A DNA stretch of 64,000 nt from Rhodothermaceae bacterium Tc-Br11_B2g6_7 (GTDB lineage Bacteria; Bacteroidota; Rhodothermia; Rhodothermales; Salinibacteraceae): assembly GCA_001564055.1 (NCBI GenBank), contig LKNB01000011.1, positions 1,135-65,134 of the forward strand. The letters run 5' to 3'. Both the position numbers and the translations under genes were made by a program. A model generated the notes under the pieces. The model was not told the origin of the DNA. It did not search any database and worked only from the letters and a program-made list of their open reading frames with translations. Positions within the stretch are counted from its first letter, which is position 1. Every line of letters begins with the position of its first letter. Shown here piece by piece: positions 27,161 to 35,899 of this stretch.

Positions 27161-29686
27161 ATGTCTCACCTGTACGATGTAACACGAAAAGCCCCCTCCC
27201 TCGTCCCTATGCTCCTGGCATGCGCGGCGGTGTGGATGATGACTGCTCCGCTGGCCAGTGCCCAGGAGGGTACCATTGAAGGCCGTGTGTTGGAAGCCGG
27301 TGTTGAACAACCCCTCCCGGGCGTCAATGTCTTTGTCGAAGGCCTTCAGCGGGGAGCGGCGGCCCGACCTGATGGTACCTTCCGCATCGTAAACGTGCCT
27401 GCTGGGGAATACACCGTCGTTGCCTCCATGGTGGGGTTTGCCCGGCAGCGGCAAACCGTGCGGGTACGGGCAGGGGAAACAGCAGAAGCCTTCTTTACCC
27501 TGCGCGAGGTACTCAGCGAGGTGCCTGAGCTCGTGGTTGAACGCTCAAGCTTGACGGGGGGGCGCCGGGGCGTCAACGAGATCCCGGGCTCTGCCGCCTA
27601 CGTTGGGCCGCAGGAGCTGGCCCGTCACAGCGATTCCGATCCTATGCGTTTACTCCGCACGGTGCCTGGGGTTAACATCGTCGACGAGGAAGGGTACGGG
27701 CTGCGCCCCAACATTGGGATGCGGGGCACAGGTACCAACCGGTCCTCAAAGATTACGCTGATGGAAGATGGCATCCTGACGGCACCAGCGCCCTACGCCG
27801 CCCCGGCTGCCTACTACGTGCCCACGTTGGCGCGCATGCAGGCGGTGGAAGTCCGGAAAGGGTCGAGCCAGATTCGCTACGGCCCCTTCACGACGGGCGG
27901 TGCGCTAAACGTGCTGTCGCGCCGGATTCCGGGCGAGCGTGCCGGGGAAGCTGAGCTGCTGGCGGGCTCCGACAACAACCGCCGTGTGCACGCCTGGGCC
28001 GGGACGGGCAATGAGGAGTTGGGTCCGGTGCGTATGGGCGTGCTCGTGGAAACCCTGCAGGAGCGCGTCGACGGCTTCAAGCAGCTTGACGGGGGCGGTG
28101 ACACGGGCTTCAACAAGCAAGACTACCTCGCCAAAGTGCGCCTCAGCAGCGCCCCTGAAGCGTCCATCTTCCAGTCGCTGACGCTGAAGGCCAACCAGGT
28201 TAACGAGGTGTCGGATGAAACGTACCTGGGCCTCACCCGCGACGACTTTTCCGCAACCCCCTTCCGGCGCTACGCCGCCTCGCAGGAGGACGTGATGACG
28301 ACAGAATTCCGCGGCCTCTCGGCACGTCACGTGATTCAGCCGGCCTCCTTCCTCGACATTAGTACAACCGCCTACACGCATGATTTTGCGCGCAACTGGT
28401 ACAAGCTCGATAAGGTCCGTGCAGCGGGGGGCTCATCGGTGGGCATTAGCTCTATCCTGGATGACCCCGAAACGTTCGCTGACGAGTTTGCCATCGTCAC
28501 GGGGACGACCAGTCTCAACGATGATGCGCTGGAGCTGAAGAACAACAACCGGGCGTACTATGTCGCCGGTATCCAGCAGGCCTACGGGCTGCAGTTTGAC
28601 ACGGCTGGCCTGGCTGGGGCGGAGACGGTGGAGCACGATGTAGAGATTGGGTGGCGCTACCACTACGACGAGATCGACCGCTTTCAGTGGGTCGACCTCT
28701 ACCGCATGGACGATGGCCGGATCAACCGCACCGAGCGCGGGACGCCAGGTACGGAGAGCAACCGCATTCAAGATGCGCGCTCGTTCGCCTCGTACATCCA
28801 GTACCGCCTGACGGCCGGCGCGCTGTCGGTGGTGCCGGGCCTGCGCTATGAAACGATCAACCTCCGCCGCGAGAACTTTGGCACGGACGACCCTGAGCGC
28901 GTGGGCACACCGTCCGTCGACGAGAAAACCGTCGACGTATGGATGCCAGGCATCGGGCTGGACTACACGTTTACCGATGCGTTTAGCGCCTTCGCCGGTG
29001 TGCACCGCGGATTCGCGCCTCCGGGACCTACGGGCGAGACGCAAGAAGAGCGCAGCGTGAATTACGAGTTGGGAACGCGCTTCCAAAGCGATGGGCTGCG
29101 CCTGCAGGCGGTTGGCTTCTTCAACGATTACAGCAACCTGCTGGGCGCTGACCTCGCAGCCGGTGGGGGCGGCGGCACCCTCGACCAGTTCAATGGCGGC
29201 GAAGTGGAGGTTCTGGGCCTTGAGCTCGAAGGCCGCGCCGACCTCGGGTTGTTGCTGGACCTGGGCGTCTCTGTACCGCTTCAGGCGTCCTACACGTTCA
29301 CAGAGGCCACCTTCCAAAATGCCTTCGACAGCGACTTCGGCCCGTGGGGTGAGGTGATGCCCGGCGACCGTCTGCCGTACCTCCCCGAGCATCAGGGCAG
29401 CGTGCAGCTGGGCGTCGAGACCGGCCGCTTTGCCATCAACGCACGCGGCACCTACGCTGGCGCGATGCGGACGCAGGCGGGGCAAGGTAGCATCCCGGCC
29501 AACCAGCGCATCGATAGCTTCTTCGTCGTCGACCTTTCGGCCGAAGCGCAGGTGACCCGCTTTGCCTCCATATTTGGCTCGGTGCGTAACGTCACCGACG
29601 AAGTGTACGCCGTGGCCAACCGGCCGGCGGGGCTACGTCCGGGGCTGCCGCAGACCTTCCTCATTGGCCTGCGCACCAGCTTCTAA
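27161..29686 (+). CDS. TonB-dependent receptor with N-terminal carboxypeptidase-regulatory-like domain
   Basis: Signal peptide. CarbopepD_reg-like GTIEGRVLE...PGVNVFVEG...DGTFRIVNVPAGEYTV. Plug region and long beta-barrel ending in the terminal aromatic residue ...GLRTSF. Confidence 0.9.
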   Translation: MSHLYDVTRKAPSLVPMLLACAAVWMMTAPLASAQEGTIEGRVLEAGVEQPLPGVNVFVEGLQRGAAARPDGTFRIVNVPAGEYTVVASMVGFARQRQTVRVRAGETAEAFFTLREVLSEVPELVVERSSLTGGRRGVNEIPGSAAYVGPQELARHSDSDPMRLLRTVPGVNIVDEEGYGLRPNIGMRGTGTNRSSKITLMEDGILTAPAPYAAPAAYYVPTLARMQAVEVRKGSSQIRYGPFTTGGALNVLSRRIPGERAGEAELLAGSDNNRRVHAWAGTGNEELGPVRMGVLVETLQERVDGFKQLDGGGDTGFNKQDYLAKVRLSSAPEASIFQSLTLKANQVNEVSDETYLGLTRDDFSATPFRRYAASQEDVMTTEFRGLSARHVIQPASFLDISTTAYTHDFARNWYKLDKVRAAGGSSVGISSILDDPETFADEFAIVTGTTSLNDDALELKNNNRAYYVAGIQQAYGLQFDTAGLAGAETVEHDVEIGWRYHYDEIDRFQWVDLYRMDDGRINRTERGTPGTESNRIQDARSFASYIQYRLTAGALSVVPGLRYETINLRRENFGTDDPERVGTPSVDEKTVDVWMPGIGLDYTFTDAFSAFAGVHRGFAPPGPTGETQEERSVNYELGTRFQSDGLRLQAVGFFNDYSNLLGADLAAGGGGGTLDQFNGGEVEVLGLELEGRADLGLLLDLGVSVPLQASYTFTEATFQNAFDSDFGPWGEVMPGDRLPYLPEHQGSVQLGVETGRFAINARGTYAGAMRTQAGQGSIPANQRIDSFFVVDLSAEAQVTRFASIFGSVRNVTDEVYAVANRPAGLRPGLPQTFLIGLRTSF

Positions 29687-29857
29687 GCATACCGAAGCCC
29701 CCGTGCTCGCGCAATACATCACACGCTCGTAGGTGCTTCGGTGCCTCGGGCGTGTGCGCGCTCACGGGCAGGCGGCGTGCGCCAACATACGGGGCCACTG
29801 TTGCGTATAGTCGCACACGCAATACCCTTTTGCACAATAGACGTATCTACTGCTGCT

Positions 29858-30436
29858 ATGGAACCGATCACTAACCGCGTAGCTCAGGGCAACATTGAGG
29901 TGTACGACCTGTCGCGTCACTGGGACGGGGAGCCGGTCACGGAGTTTGACATCGAACCGTTTCTGTACGAGGGCCTGATGCTTCGTGAGAAGGAGTTTCG
30001 GCAGGCGGTGAAGGCGCACGACTGGACGGCCTACGACGGACACCATGTGGCCATTTTCTGCTCAGCCGATGCCATCGTGCCGACGTGGGCCTACATGTTC
30101 ATCGCCACGAAGCTGCGTGGGATTGCGGCCTCCGTGACGTTTGGCCAGCAGCAGGATTTGCTGCGCGAGCATTTCGCGCGGGCCCTGGCGGCGGAAGACT
30201 GGTCGGCCTATCAGGACAAGAACGTGGTGGTGAAAGGCTGCGGCAGCAAGGTGGTGCCCGTAAGCGCCTACGTGGACGCGGTGCAGCGCCTCCAGGAGGT
30301 AGCCGCAAAGCTGATGTTTGGCGAGCCGTGCTCCTCCGTGCCCCTGTGGCGAAAGCCAGCCCCCAAGAAGCAGGCCACCCCAGCCAAGCCCGCCGGCGTC
30401 AAGAAGCCCGACCTGCCCACGCCGTCAGCATCCTAA
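29858..30436 (+). CDS. DUF2480 family protein with a Lys/Pro-rich C-terminal tail
   Basis: MEPITNRVAQGNIEVYDL...HVAIFCSADAIVPTWAYMFIATKL...VVVKGCGSKVVP...MFGEPCSSVPLW resembles the Bacteroidota DUF2480 family from memory. ATG 29858 chosen. Confidence 0.6.
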   Translation: MEPITNRVAQGNIEVYDLSRHWDGEPVTEFDIEPFLYEGLMLREKEFRQAVKAHDWTAYDGHHVAIFCSADAIVPTWAYMFIATKLRGIAASVTFGQQQDLLREHFARALAAEDWSAYQDKNVVVKGCGSKVVPVSAYVDAVQRLQEVAAKLMFGEPCSSVPLWRKPAPKKQATPAKPAGVKKPDLPTPSAS

Positions 30437-30523
30437 CCGTAGCGACGCCGTACACCACGTCGAAAAGCCGTACCGACGCCGCCCGCACTCCGCGCCGTCC
30501 GCGCATCCCACCTCCCACCTCAC

Positions 30524-31543
30524 CTACGGTACCAGCCGCCGTAGCATCAGCGTGAGGATGAGCCGTGGGTCACGTGCCGCACCGCCTTTCAGTTCAAAGT
30601 CGGCCGCCAGCAGCGCACTGAAGCCTGTTTCGATGGCGGGTAGCGGAAAGTGCCGCAGGCCCGTCAGGTACTCCTTCACGAAGTAAGGCGAGATGCCCGC
30701 GCGCCGCGCCATCTGCTTCTGCGAGACGTTTTTTTGCTGGCAGGCGGTCAGCTTCCAGAGCTTCACGAGGTAGCTGTTGAGCACCGCCACAATCTTCAGC
30801 GCCTCGCCCGTGGGGTTAGCCGCCTGCTCCAACATGCGGTCCCCGATGCGGAGGGCGTCTTGCAGGCGGGCCTCGCCGATGGCGTTCTGCAGCTCGAACA
30901 CGTTGAATTCGCGCGTTTGCCCACTGGCCGCGATAACGTCATCAGCGGTCAGCCGGGTACGCGTGCCGGCATAGGTAGCAATCTTCTCAATCTCGCCCGC
31001 CGCGGCACGCAAGTCGTTGCCCACGAACTCAGCGAGCATCTGCACGGCCTGCGGCTCCAAGCTATACCCCTCGGCCTTGGCACGGGAACGGATCCAGCCG
31101 GGGACCTGGTTGTCGTAGAGCGGCTTGAAGTGCGCCCAGGCCCCGTGTTCGCGGAGGGCGCGGTAGGGATGGGCGGACAGGTTGGGCTTGCCGCCGCAGA
31201 CGAGCAGGACCACGGCCTGCGGGTTGGGCTGCTCCGCATACTCCTTAAAGAGGCGGTTGTCCTTCAGCTTGTCAAAGTCGCGCACGATCACCACCCGGCG
31301 CGGCGCCATCACCGGATACGACGTACAGAGGTTGCGCACGGCGGGGCCGTCGGTGTCCGCGCCGTAGACGATGTCCAGGTTGAAGTCGCGCTCGCCGGGC
31401 GACAGCGCGTTGGCAATGAGCGTATCCTGCAGCTCGCTCATCAAGAACTCCTCTTCGCCATACAGAAAGTACAGCGGCTTAAAGTTTTGGTGCTGAAAAG
31501 CGGTGCGAAGCTGCTCGTAGGAGAGGCCTTTTGATTTGGCCAT
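30524..31543 (-). CDS. holA: DNA polymerase III delta subunit
   Basis: 339 aa. N terminus ...NFKPLYFLYGEEEFL is typical of HolA, followed by a delta-subunit-like helical C-terminal half. Confidence 0.8.
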   Translation of the reverse strand: MAKSKGLSYEQLRTAFQHQNFKPLYFLYGEEEFLMSELQDTLIANALSPGERDFNLDIVYGADTDGPAVRNLCTSYPVMAPRRVVIVRDFDKLKDNRLFKEYAEQPNPQAVVLLVCGGKPNLSAHPYRALREHGAWAHFKPLYDNQVPGWIRSRAKAEGYSLEPQAVQMLAEFVGNDLRAAAGEIEKIATYAGTRTRLTADDVIAASGQTREFNVFELQNAIGEARLQDALRIGDRMLEQAANPTGEALKIVAVLNSYLVKLWKLTACQQKNVSQKQMARRAGISPYFVKEYLTGLRHFPLPAIETGFSALLAADFELKGGAARDPRLILTLMLRRLVP

Positions 31544-31913
31544 AGGCCGGGGCTGGGAGGCGAGAGGGCGTGTGGGCGATAGGGCGAAGATGCAGGGTGG
31601 TTCGTCTCTGCTCTGGGTGGTCTTCGTTCGCGATGATCTGGTTCGTCTTCGCTCGTTTCACTCGCTGCGCTCACCATGACGTGAGGAGGGGGGCTGCGTA
31701 TGGGAGTGTGGGCGTGTGGGGGTGGAACAGCACGGCGTCAACTTTAACCCTCGTCCTCCGAAGCGCAGGTTCGCGTCAATGAGCCGAAAACGAAGGCGGT
31801 GGCTCGCCTCTGCTCGGTACACTCGCTGCGCTCACCATGACGGTTGCGTGTGAGGACATGTACGCATGGGCGAGAGGGCGTAAGAGGGCGTGCAAAGCCA
31901 GGGGGGAGACGAA
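31544..31913. repeat. mosaic of short intergenic repeats (G/T-rich heads, 23-bp perfect direct repeat, 13-bp direct repeat at both ends)
   Basis: CACTCGCTGCGCTCACCATGACG occurs at 31659-31681 and 31820-31842. GGCGAGAGGGCGT occurs at 31559-31571 and 31869-31881. A family-A-like unit lies at 31698-31775. Confidence 0.7.
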
Positions 31914-32501
31914 TTACTTGGGCAAATCCTCGTCGCGGTCCGTGAGGTGGCTTTCGTGGAGCCGGTAGCCCGCGGTGCGGAGGAGGTCGGCATCGCGCTG
32001 GATGATGACATGGGCGAGGCCATACACATCCCGCGTGGTACCACTGAGGCTGACCGTGCGCGTCCAGTCGGTGGCCGGGAGGGCGTGCAGCGTTTCCACA
32101 AGAGCGGTCCGGGCGCGTTGCACCTCTGCCAGGATGGTGCGCATCGGCGTATCGTTCCAGTCGGCTTCCGCCGCACGGGCCTCGTCGTTGGTAGGCGTGA
32201 TCGTGGGGGTATCCGTAGCCATCATCCGTTCTACCAGCGGCACGTGCGTCTCCTCATCGGCCTGTGCGAGCACGCCATACAGTTCGCGCAGCGACAGTTC
32301 GGTGCCCATCGGCTTGTCACGTTGCAGGGCCTCAGGAACCTTCCCAATGACGGCCTTCAGTGCCTCCACTTCATCCACGAGGTACTGCAACTGGTCGAGC
32401 TGCGCCTCCCGGAGCTGCGCCGCTGCCGCGTCGTCGAGGTGGGCAGCGGTCGTCAGCGAAGACGCATCAGGCGACGGATCTGCAGAAGGCGTCTCAGGCA
32501 T
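31914..32501 (-). CDS. hypothetical acidic protein, possibly a DinB/YfiT-like helical bundle
   Basis: 195-aa ORF starting 12 nt after the nuoI stop. The only support for a DinB-like call is a weak resemblance (His-containing helices). The family assignment has low confidence. Confidence 0.45.
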   Translation of the reverse strand: MPETPSADPSPDASSLTTAAHLDDAAAAQLREAQLDQLQYLVDEVEALKAVIGKVPEALQRDKPMGTELSLRELYGVLAQADEETHVPLVERMMATDTPTITPTNDEARAAEADWNDTPMRTILAEVQRARTALVETLHALPATDWTRTVSLSGTTRDVYGLAHVIIQRDADLLRTAGYRLHESHLTDRDEDLPK

Positions 32502-32513
32502 GGAGGCGGGGCG

Positions 32514-33248
32514 TCAGGAGCGCTCAGTGACGGCAGGTTCGGTGGAGGCGTAATCGAGGCCGCCAGAGCGGGCGCTGCCCCAGGAGCGATCGGCTGCGGA
32601 CGGCTCTTCGTCGCGCTTATGGGTTGTCTTGAGGGCCTCGGCTCCTTCCTCTACCAGCCACGAGAGGAAGCGGCGGTCCTTGAGGCTGTGCAGGTTGTTA
32701 TCGTGCTGAAAGTCCCACTCCTGCCCAAACTGGGGGTCCTTGTACGTGTGCAGATAGTCCAGCCGGTCCATCAGGCGCTCCACCGGCACGAGCAGTTTAT
32801 CCAGCCCGAACACGGCCTCGTCGCGGTCTTGAAAGGTGAGGTCGTATTCCTTCGACATCACGATGGCTTCTTCCGGGCACACCTCCTCGCAGAAGCCGCA
32901 GTAGATGCAGCGCAGCATGTTGATCTCAAACCAGGCGGGTTCGCGCTCCTTGGCGCTATCCACCTCTTTCGATTGCATGGAGATGGCCATGGGCGGGCAG
33001 GCACGGGCACACAGGTTGCAGGATACACAGCGGGGCGATCCTTCTTCCTCTACCAGCACCGGCCGTCCGCGGTAGCTATCCGGCGGGTACCACTGCTCCT
33101 CCGGGTACTCCACCGTATACACCGGCTCGTTCTTTATCTTGTTGAACGAGTACCCGAGCCCCTCAAAGATTTTTGGAAGGAAGATCTGCTCCCAGAAATT
33201 GAGGGAGCGCTCGTCGTCGTTACGGTTGTTGACCGGTGTGCCTGGCAT
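32514..33248 (-). CDS. nuoI: NADH-quinone oxidoreductase subunit I (2x[4Fe-4S]) with a C-terminal extension of about 80 aa
   Basis: Two ferredoxin motifs, [12 protein letters not shown] and [12 protein letters not shown], in NuoI/Nqo9 context ([18 protein letters not shown]). 244 aa against about 160-180 aa for typical NuoI. No other nuo genes in the window. Confidence 0.9.
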   Translation of the reverse strand: MPGTPVNNRNDDERSLNFWEQIFLPKIFEGLGYSFNKIKNEPVYTVEYPEEQWYPPDSYRGRPVLVEEEGSPRCVSCNLCARACPPMAISMQSKEVDSAKEREPAWFEINMLRCIYCGFCEEVCPEEAIVMSKEYDLTFQDRDEAVFGLDKLLVPVERLMDRLDYLHTYKDPQFGQEWDFQHDNNLHSLKDRRFLSWLVEEGAEALKTTHKRDEEPSAADRSWGSARSGGLDYASTEPAVTERS

Positions 33249-33386
33249 GATGTGACGGAGTTAGGACCAGCGGAACGGAAACTGTAGCGCAGTTGCCACA
33301 GAGGAGGTAACTGTATGCGGTAGGGGCGACAGGGATTCTCTGTCTTACATCGCTTTCACGATTCCTTGAAACGGCGGTGGCCCGCC

Positions 33387-34688
33387 TTACTTCTGGCGAA
33401 ACTGCAGGGTGAGGGGGACGCCCAGAAACCCGAAGCGCTCGCGCAGCCGCCGCTCCAAGAAGCGCTTGTACGGTTCGGTGATGCCCTTCGGATGGTTGCA
33501 GAAAAAGACAAAGACAGGCGGTGCGGTGCGAATTTGTGTGGCGTACTTAATCTTGACGAACCCCCCGCGGTAGCTCGGCGGTGGGTTTTCGCGGGTAGCA
33601 TCTTCCAGCAAGTCATTGAGCGCACTCGTGGAGATGCGGCGCTCACGCTCCTTGGCCACTGCCATCGCGGTTTCCATCACGCGCACTACCCGTTTACCGG
33701 TAAGAGCGGAGACAAATACCAGCGGGATGTAGGCCATGGTGGGCAGCCGCTCGGCCACGTACGTCTCGTAGCGCTTGATGAGGTCCTCTTCCTGCTGCAC
33801 CAGGTCCCACTTGTTGACGGCAATGACGAGCCCCTTGTGCATGGCCTCCGCCTTCTTGAGGACCTTGATGTCCTGCGCCTGAAGCCCTTCGATGGCCTCG
33901 ATGATGAGCACTGCCACGTCGCCCCGCTGCAGCGCACGCTCGGTGCGGAGGGTGGCGTAAAACTCGATGTTCTCCTTCACCTTGGTGCGGCGACGGAGGC
34001 CGGCGGTATCCACCAGCAGGACGGGCTCGCCGTCGACCAGCAACTCGGTGTTAACGGCGTCACGGGTGGTGCCGGCGGCGTCGGTCACGATGGAACGCTC
34101 CGCGCCGACGAGGTGGTTGACAAGCGACGACTTGCCCACGTTGGGCCGGCCGATGACCGCGATGCGGGTGAAGCCGGGGTCCGGTTCAGGGTCAGTCTCC
34201 GGCAGGTGCGCCAGCACGGCATCCAGCAGGTCGCCCGTGCCAATGCCGCTGGTGGCGCTTACGGGGAAGACTTCTTCGAAGCCGAGGGCATAGAAGGCCG
34301 GCGTTTCCCAGCGGCGCTCCTCGTTGTCGGCCTTGTTGGCCACCACCAAAGCCGGGGTGTCGCTCCGGCGTAGCAGGGTGGCCATCTCCTCATCGATGCT
34401 GGTAATGCCGGTGGTGACGTCCACGATGAGCAGAACCAGGTCAGCTTCTTCCAGCGCCACGTGTACCTGCTCGCGAATGGCAGCTTCATAGGCATCGGCG
34501 GAGTTGGGGACGAAGCCGCCGGTATCGATCAGGTCGAAGGTGCGGCCCGTCCAGTAGACCTCACCGTAAATACGGTCGCGGGTAACGCCCGGCTGATCGT
34601 CCACGATAGCATCGCGTTGCTCCGTCAGCCGGTTGAAAAGGGTGGATTTGCCGACGTTGGGGCGGCCGACAATGGCGACGGTGGGCAT
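33387..34688 (-). CDS. der: ribosome-associated GTPase Der (EngA)
   Basis: Two tandem G domains, each with GRPNVGKS(T/S) P-loops, DTGG/DTAG and NK(A/W)D motifs, plus a KH-like C-terminal domain. Confidence 0.95.
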   Translation of the reverse strand: MPTVAIVGRPNVGKSTLFNRLTEQRDAIVDDQPGVTRDRIYGEVYWTGRTFDLIDTGGFVPNSADAYEAAIREQVHVALEEADLVLLIVDVTTGITSIDEEMATLLRRSDTPALVVANKADNEERRWETPAFYALGFEEVFPVSATSGIGTGDLLDAVLAHLPETDPEPDPGFTRIAVIGRPNVGKSSLVNHLVGAERSIVTDAAGTTRDAVNTELLVDGEPVLLVDTAGLRRRTKVKENIEFYATLRTERALQRGDVAVLIIEAIEGLQAQDIKVLKKAEAMHKGLVIAVNKWDLVQQEEDLIKRYETYVAERLPTMAYIPLVFVSALTGKRVVRVMETAMAVAKERERRISTSALNDLLEDATRENPPPSYRGGFVKIKYATQIRTAPPVFVFFCNHPKGITEPYKRFLERRLRERFGFLGVPLTLQFRQK

Positions 34689-34699
34689 GGTGGGGGGAG

Positions 34700-34930
34700 T
34701 TTGTGGGTGTGGGCGTGTGGGGGTGTGGGGGTTGCGTAGCTTGGGGCACGGTCGCCTTTGGTCTCCGTTGTCCTGAGCACAGCATCACCTGCGATGCGGA
34801 GGAGGAGGGTTCTGGGTATGGGGGTGTGGGCGTATGGGGGTGTGGGGGTTGTGTAGTCTGGGGCGCGGTCGCCTTTAGCTCCCGTCGTCCTGAGCACAGC
34901 ATCGCCTTGCGATGCGGAGGCGAAGGATGC
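34700..34930 (-). repeat. two tandem units of about 115 bp of intergenic repeat family A (strand given for the C-rich orientation that faces der)
   Basis: Units 34700-34813 and 34814-34930 are highly similar: GTGTGGGCGT(G/A)TGGGGGTGTGGGGGTTG(C/T)GTAG..GGGGC(A/G)CGGTCGCCTTT..GTCCTGAGCACAGCATC..GCGATGCGGAGG. Further copies lie at 46841-46955, 31698-31775 and partly at 10380-10430. Confidence 0.8.
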
Positions 34931-34987
34931 AACGCTCGGCGCCATAAGCGTTCCCTCTGGGCCTCCCTCGCGTCGGTGCGGCTTCCG

Positions 34988-35809
34988 CTACCGCCGCTCC
35001 TTATGCTCCAGGTACAGCGCCCGCATCAGCATATACGCCGCGTTGGCCGTCTCGGAGGTGAACCAGTAGTTGATGCCCGCGCCAACGGCGGCGCCTGCCA
35101 CGGGCACGGCCTGTGCCAGCTTTCGCCCCACCAGGTTCTTGGCAATCTCGCGCGGGACATGCCGGTTTTGGTCCCGCCAGGTACCCGAGACGCGCCCCTT
35201 GTAATCCAGGTTGTTGGCGAAGGCGGCCGCGGCAACGCTGATCTCGCGCAGGGCCTGTCCCTTGGCTTCGGCGTTTCCTGAAGCCGCCACATTGAAGGTG
35301 GCAATCACAAGCGGCCGGTAGGCAGGGTCGCGCAGGGGGAAGCCGTAGACTGCACTGATCTGCTGAATCAGGCGGAAGTTGATGGTGAAGAGCAGGGGCA
35401 GGTCAGCCAGGATGAGGGCGGCCCCGCCCAGCCCCGTGCCGCCGCCTTCAACGGCTGCCAGGATGGTGTTCTCCGTAAAGTGGCTTTGGGCTATGGGGTC
35501 GAGGGCCTCCAGCGGCTGCCCACGCAGGTCCTCCGCACGCTCCACGGGGAGGCCCCGTTTCTGCGCCATCTTGAGCACTCCATCCGCCTCGTACGTCCAC
35601 GTAGAGGCGTCGCTGAGGCGCGAGAGCGTATCGCTCAGGGTGTCGCTGGCCCGGTCGATGAGGTCGGGCGAGACGCTGCGCTCGACGAACCGGTCCACCG
35701 GCTGCATCAGCCATTCGATGGCCTGCTGCACGGCCGAGGAGCGGTCCCGCTGCCATGCATCAATTTCGCGGCGGACGTTCGTTTCGTAGTCGGTAAAGCG
35801 CATGGGCAC
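34988..35809 (-). CDS. EcsC family protein
   Basis: 273 aa. Central AAVEGGGTGLGGAALILADLPLLFTINFRLIQQISAVYGF block resembles the EcsC family signature from memory. Confidence 0.55.
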   Translation of the reverse strand: MPMRFTDYETNVRREIDAWQRDRSSAVQQAIEWLMQPVDRFVERSVSPDLIDRASDTLSDTLSRLSDASTWTYEADGVLKMAQKRGLPVERAEDLRGQPLEALDPIAQSHFTENTILAAVEGGGTGLGGAALILADLPLLFTINFRLIQQISAVYGFPLRDPAYRPLVIATFNVAASGNAEAKGQALREISVAAAAFANNLDYKGRVSGTWRDQNRHVPREIAKNLVGRKLAQAVPVAGAAVGAGINYWFTSETANAAYMLMRALYLEHKERR

Positions 35810-35899
35810 AGGAGCGGTGAGGAGGTCAGCGTGTCGCTATACCGCTGATCCGAAACGGATGTTGCGCAGCGCGCATGTGCCTCCAGCCCGACCGGTTGG

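Noticed and set aside
34700-34930. Possible CRISPR array
   Set aside because: There are only two directly abutting units of about 115 bp, with no unique spacers, no cas genes and units far longer than CRISPR repeats.
34561-34945. ORFs encoding PTPPYAHTP / PPHPHTPTP-type proline-rich peptides; the same applies to 46782-46955 and 46888-47370
   Set aside because: They are translations of the C-rich strand of repeat family A, not genes. The same peptide recurs wherever the repeat occurs.
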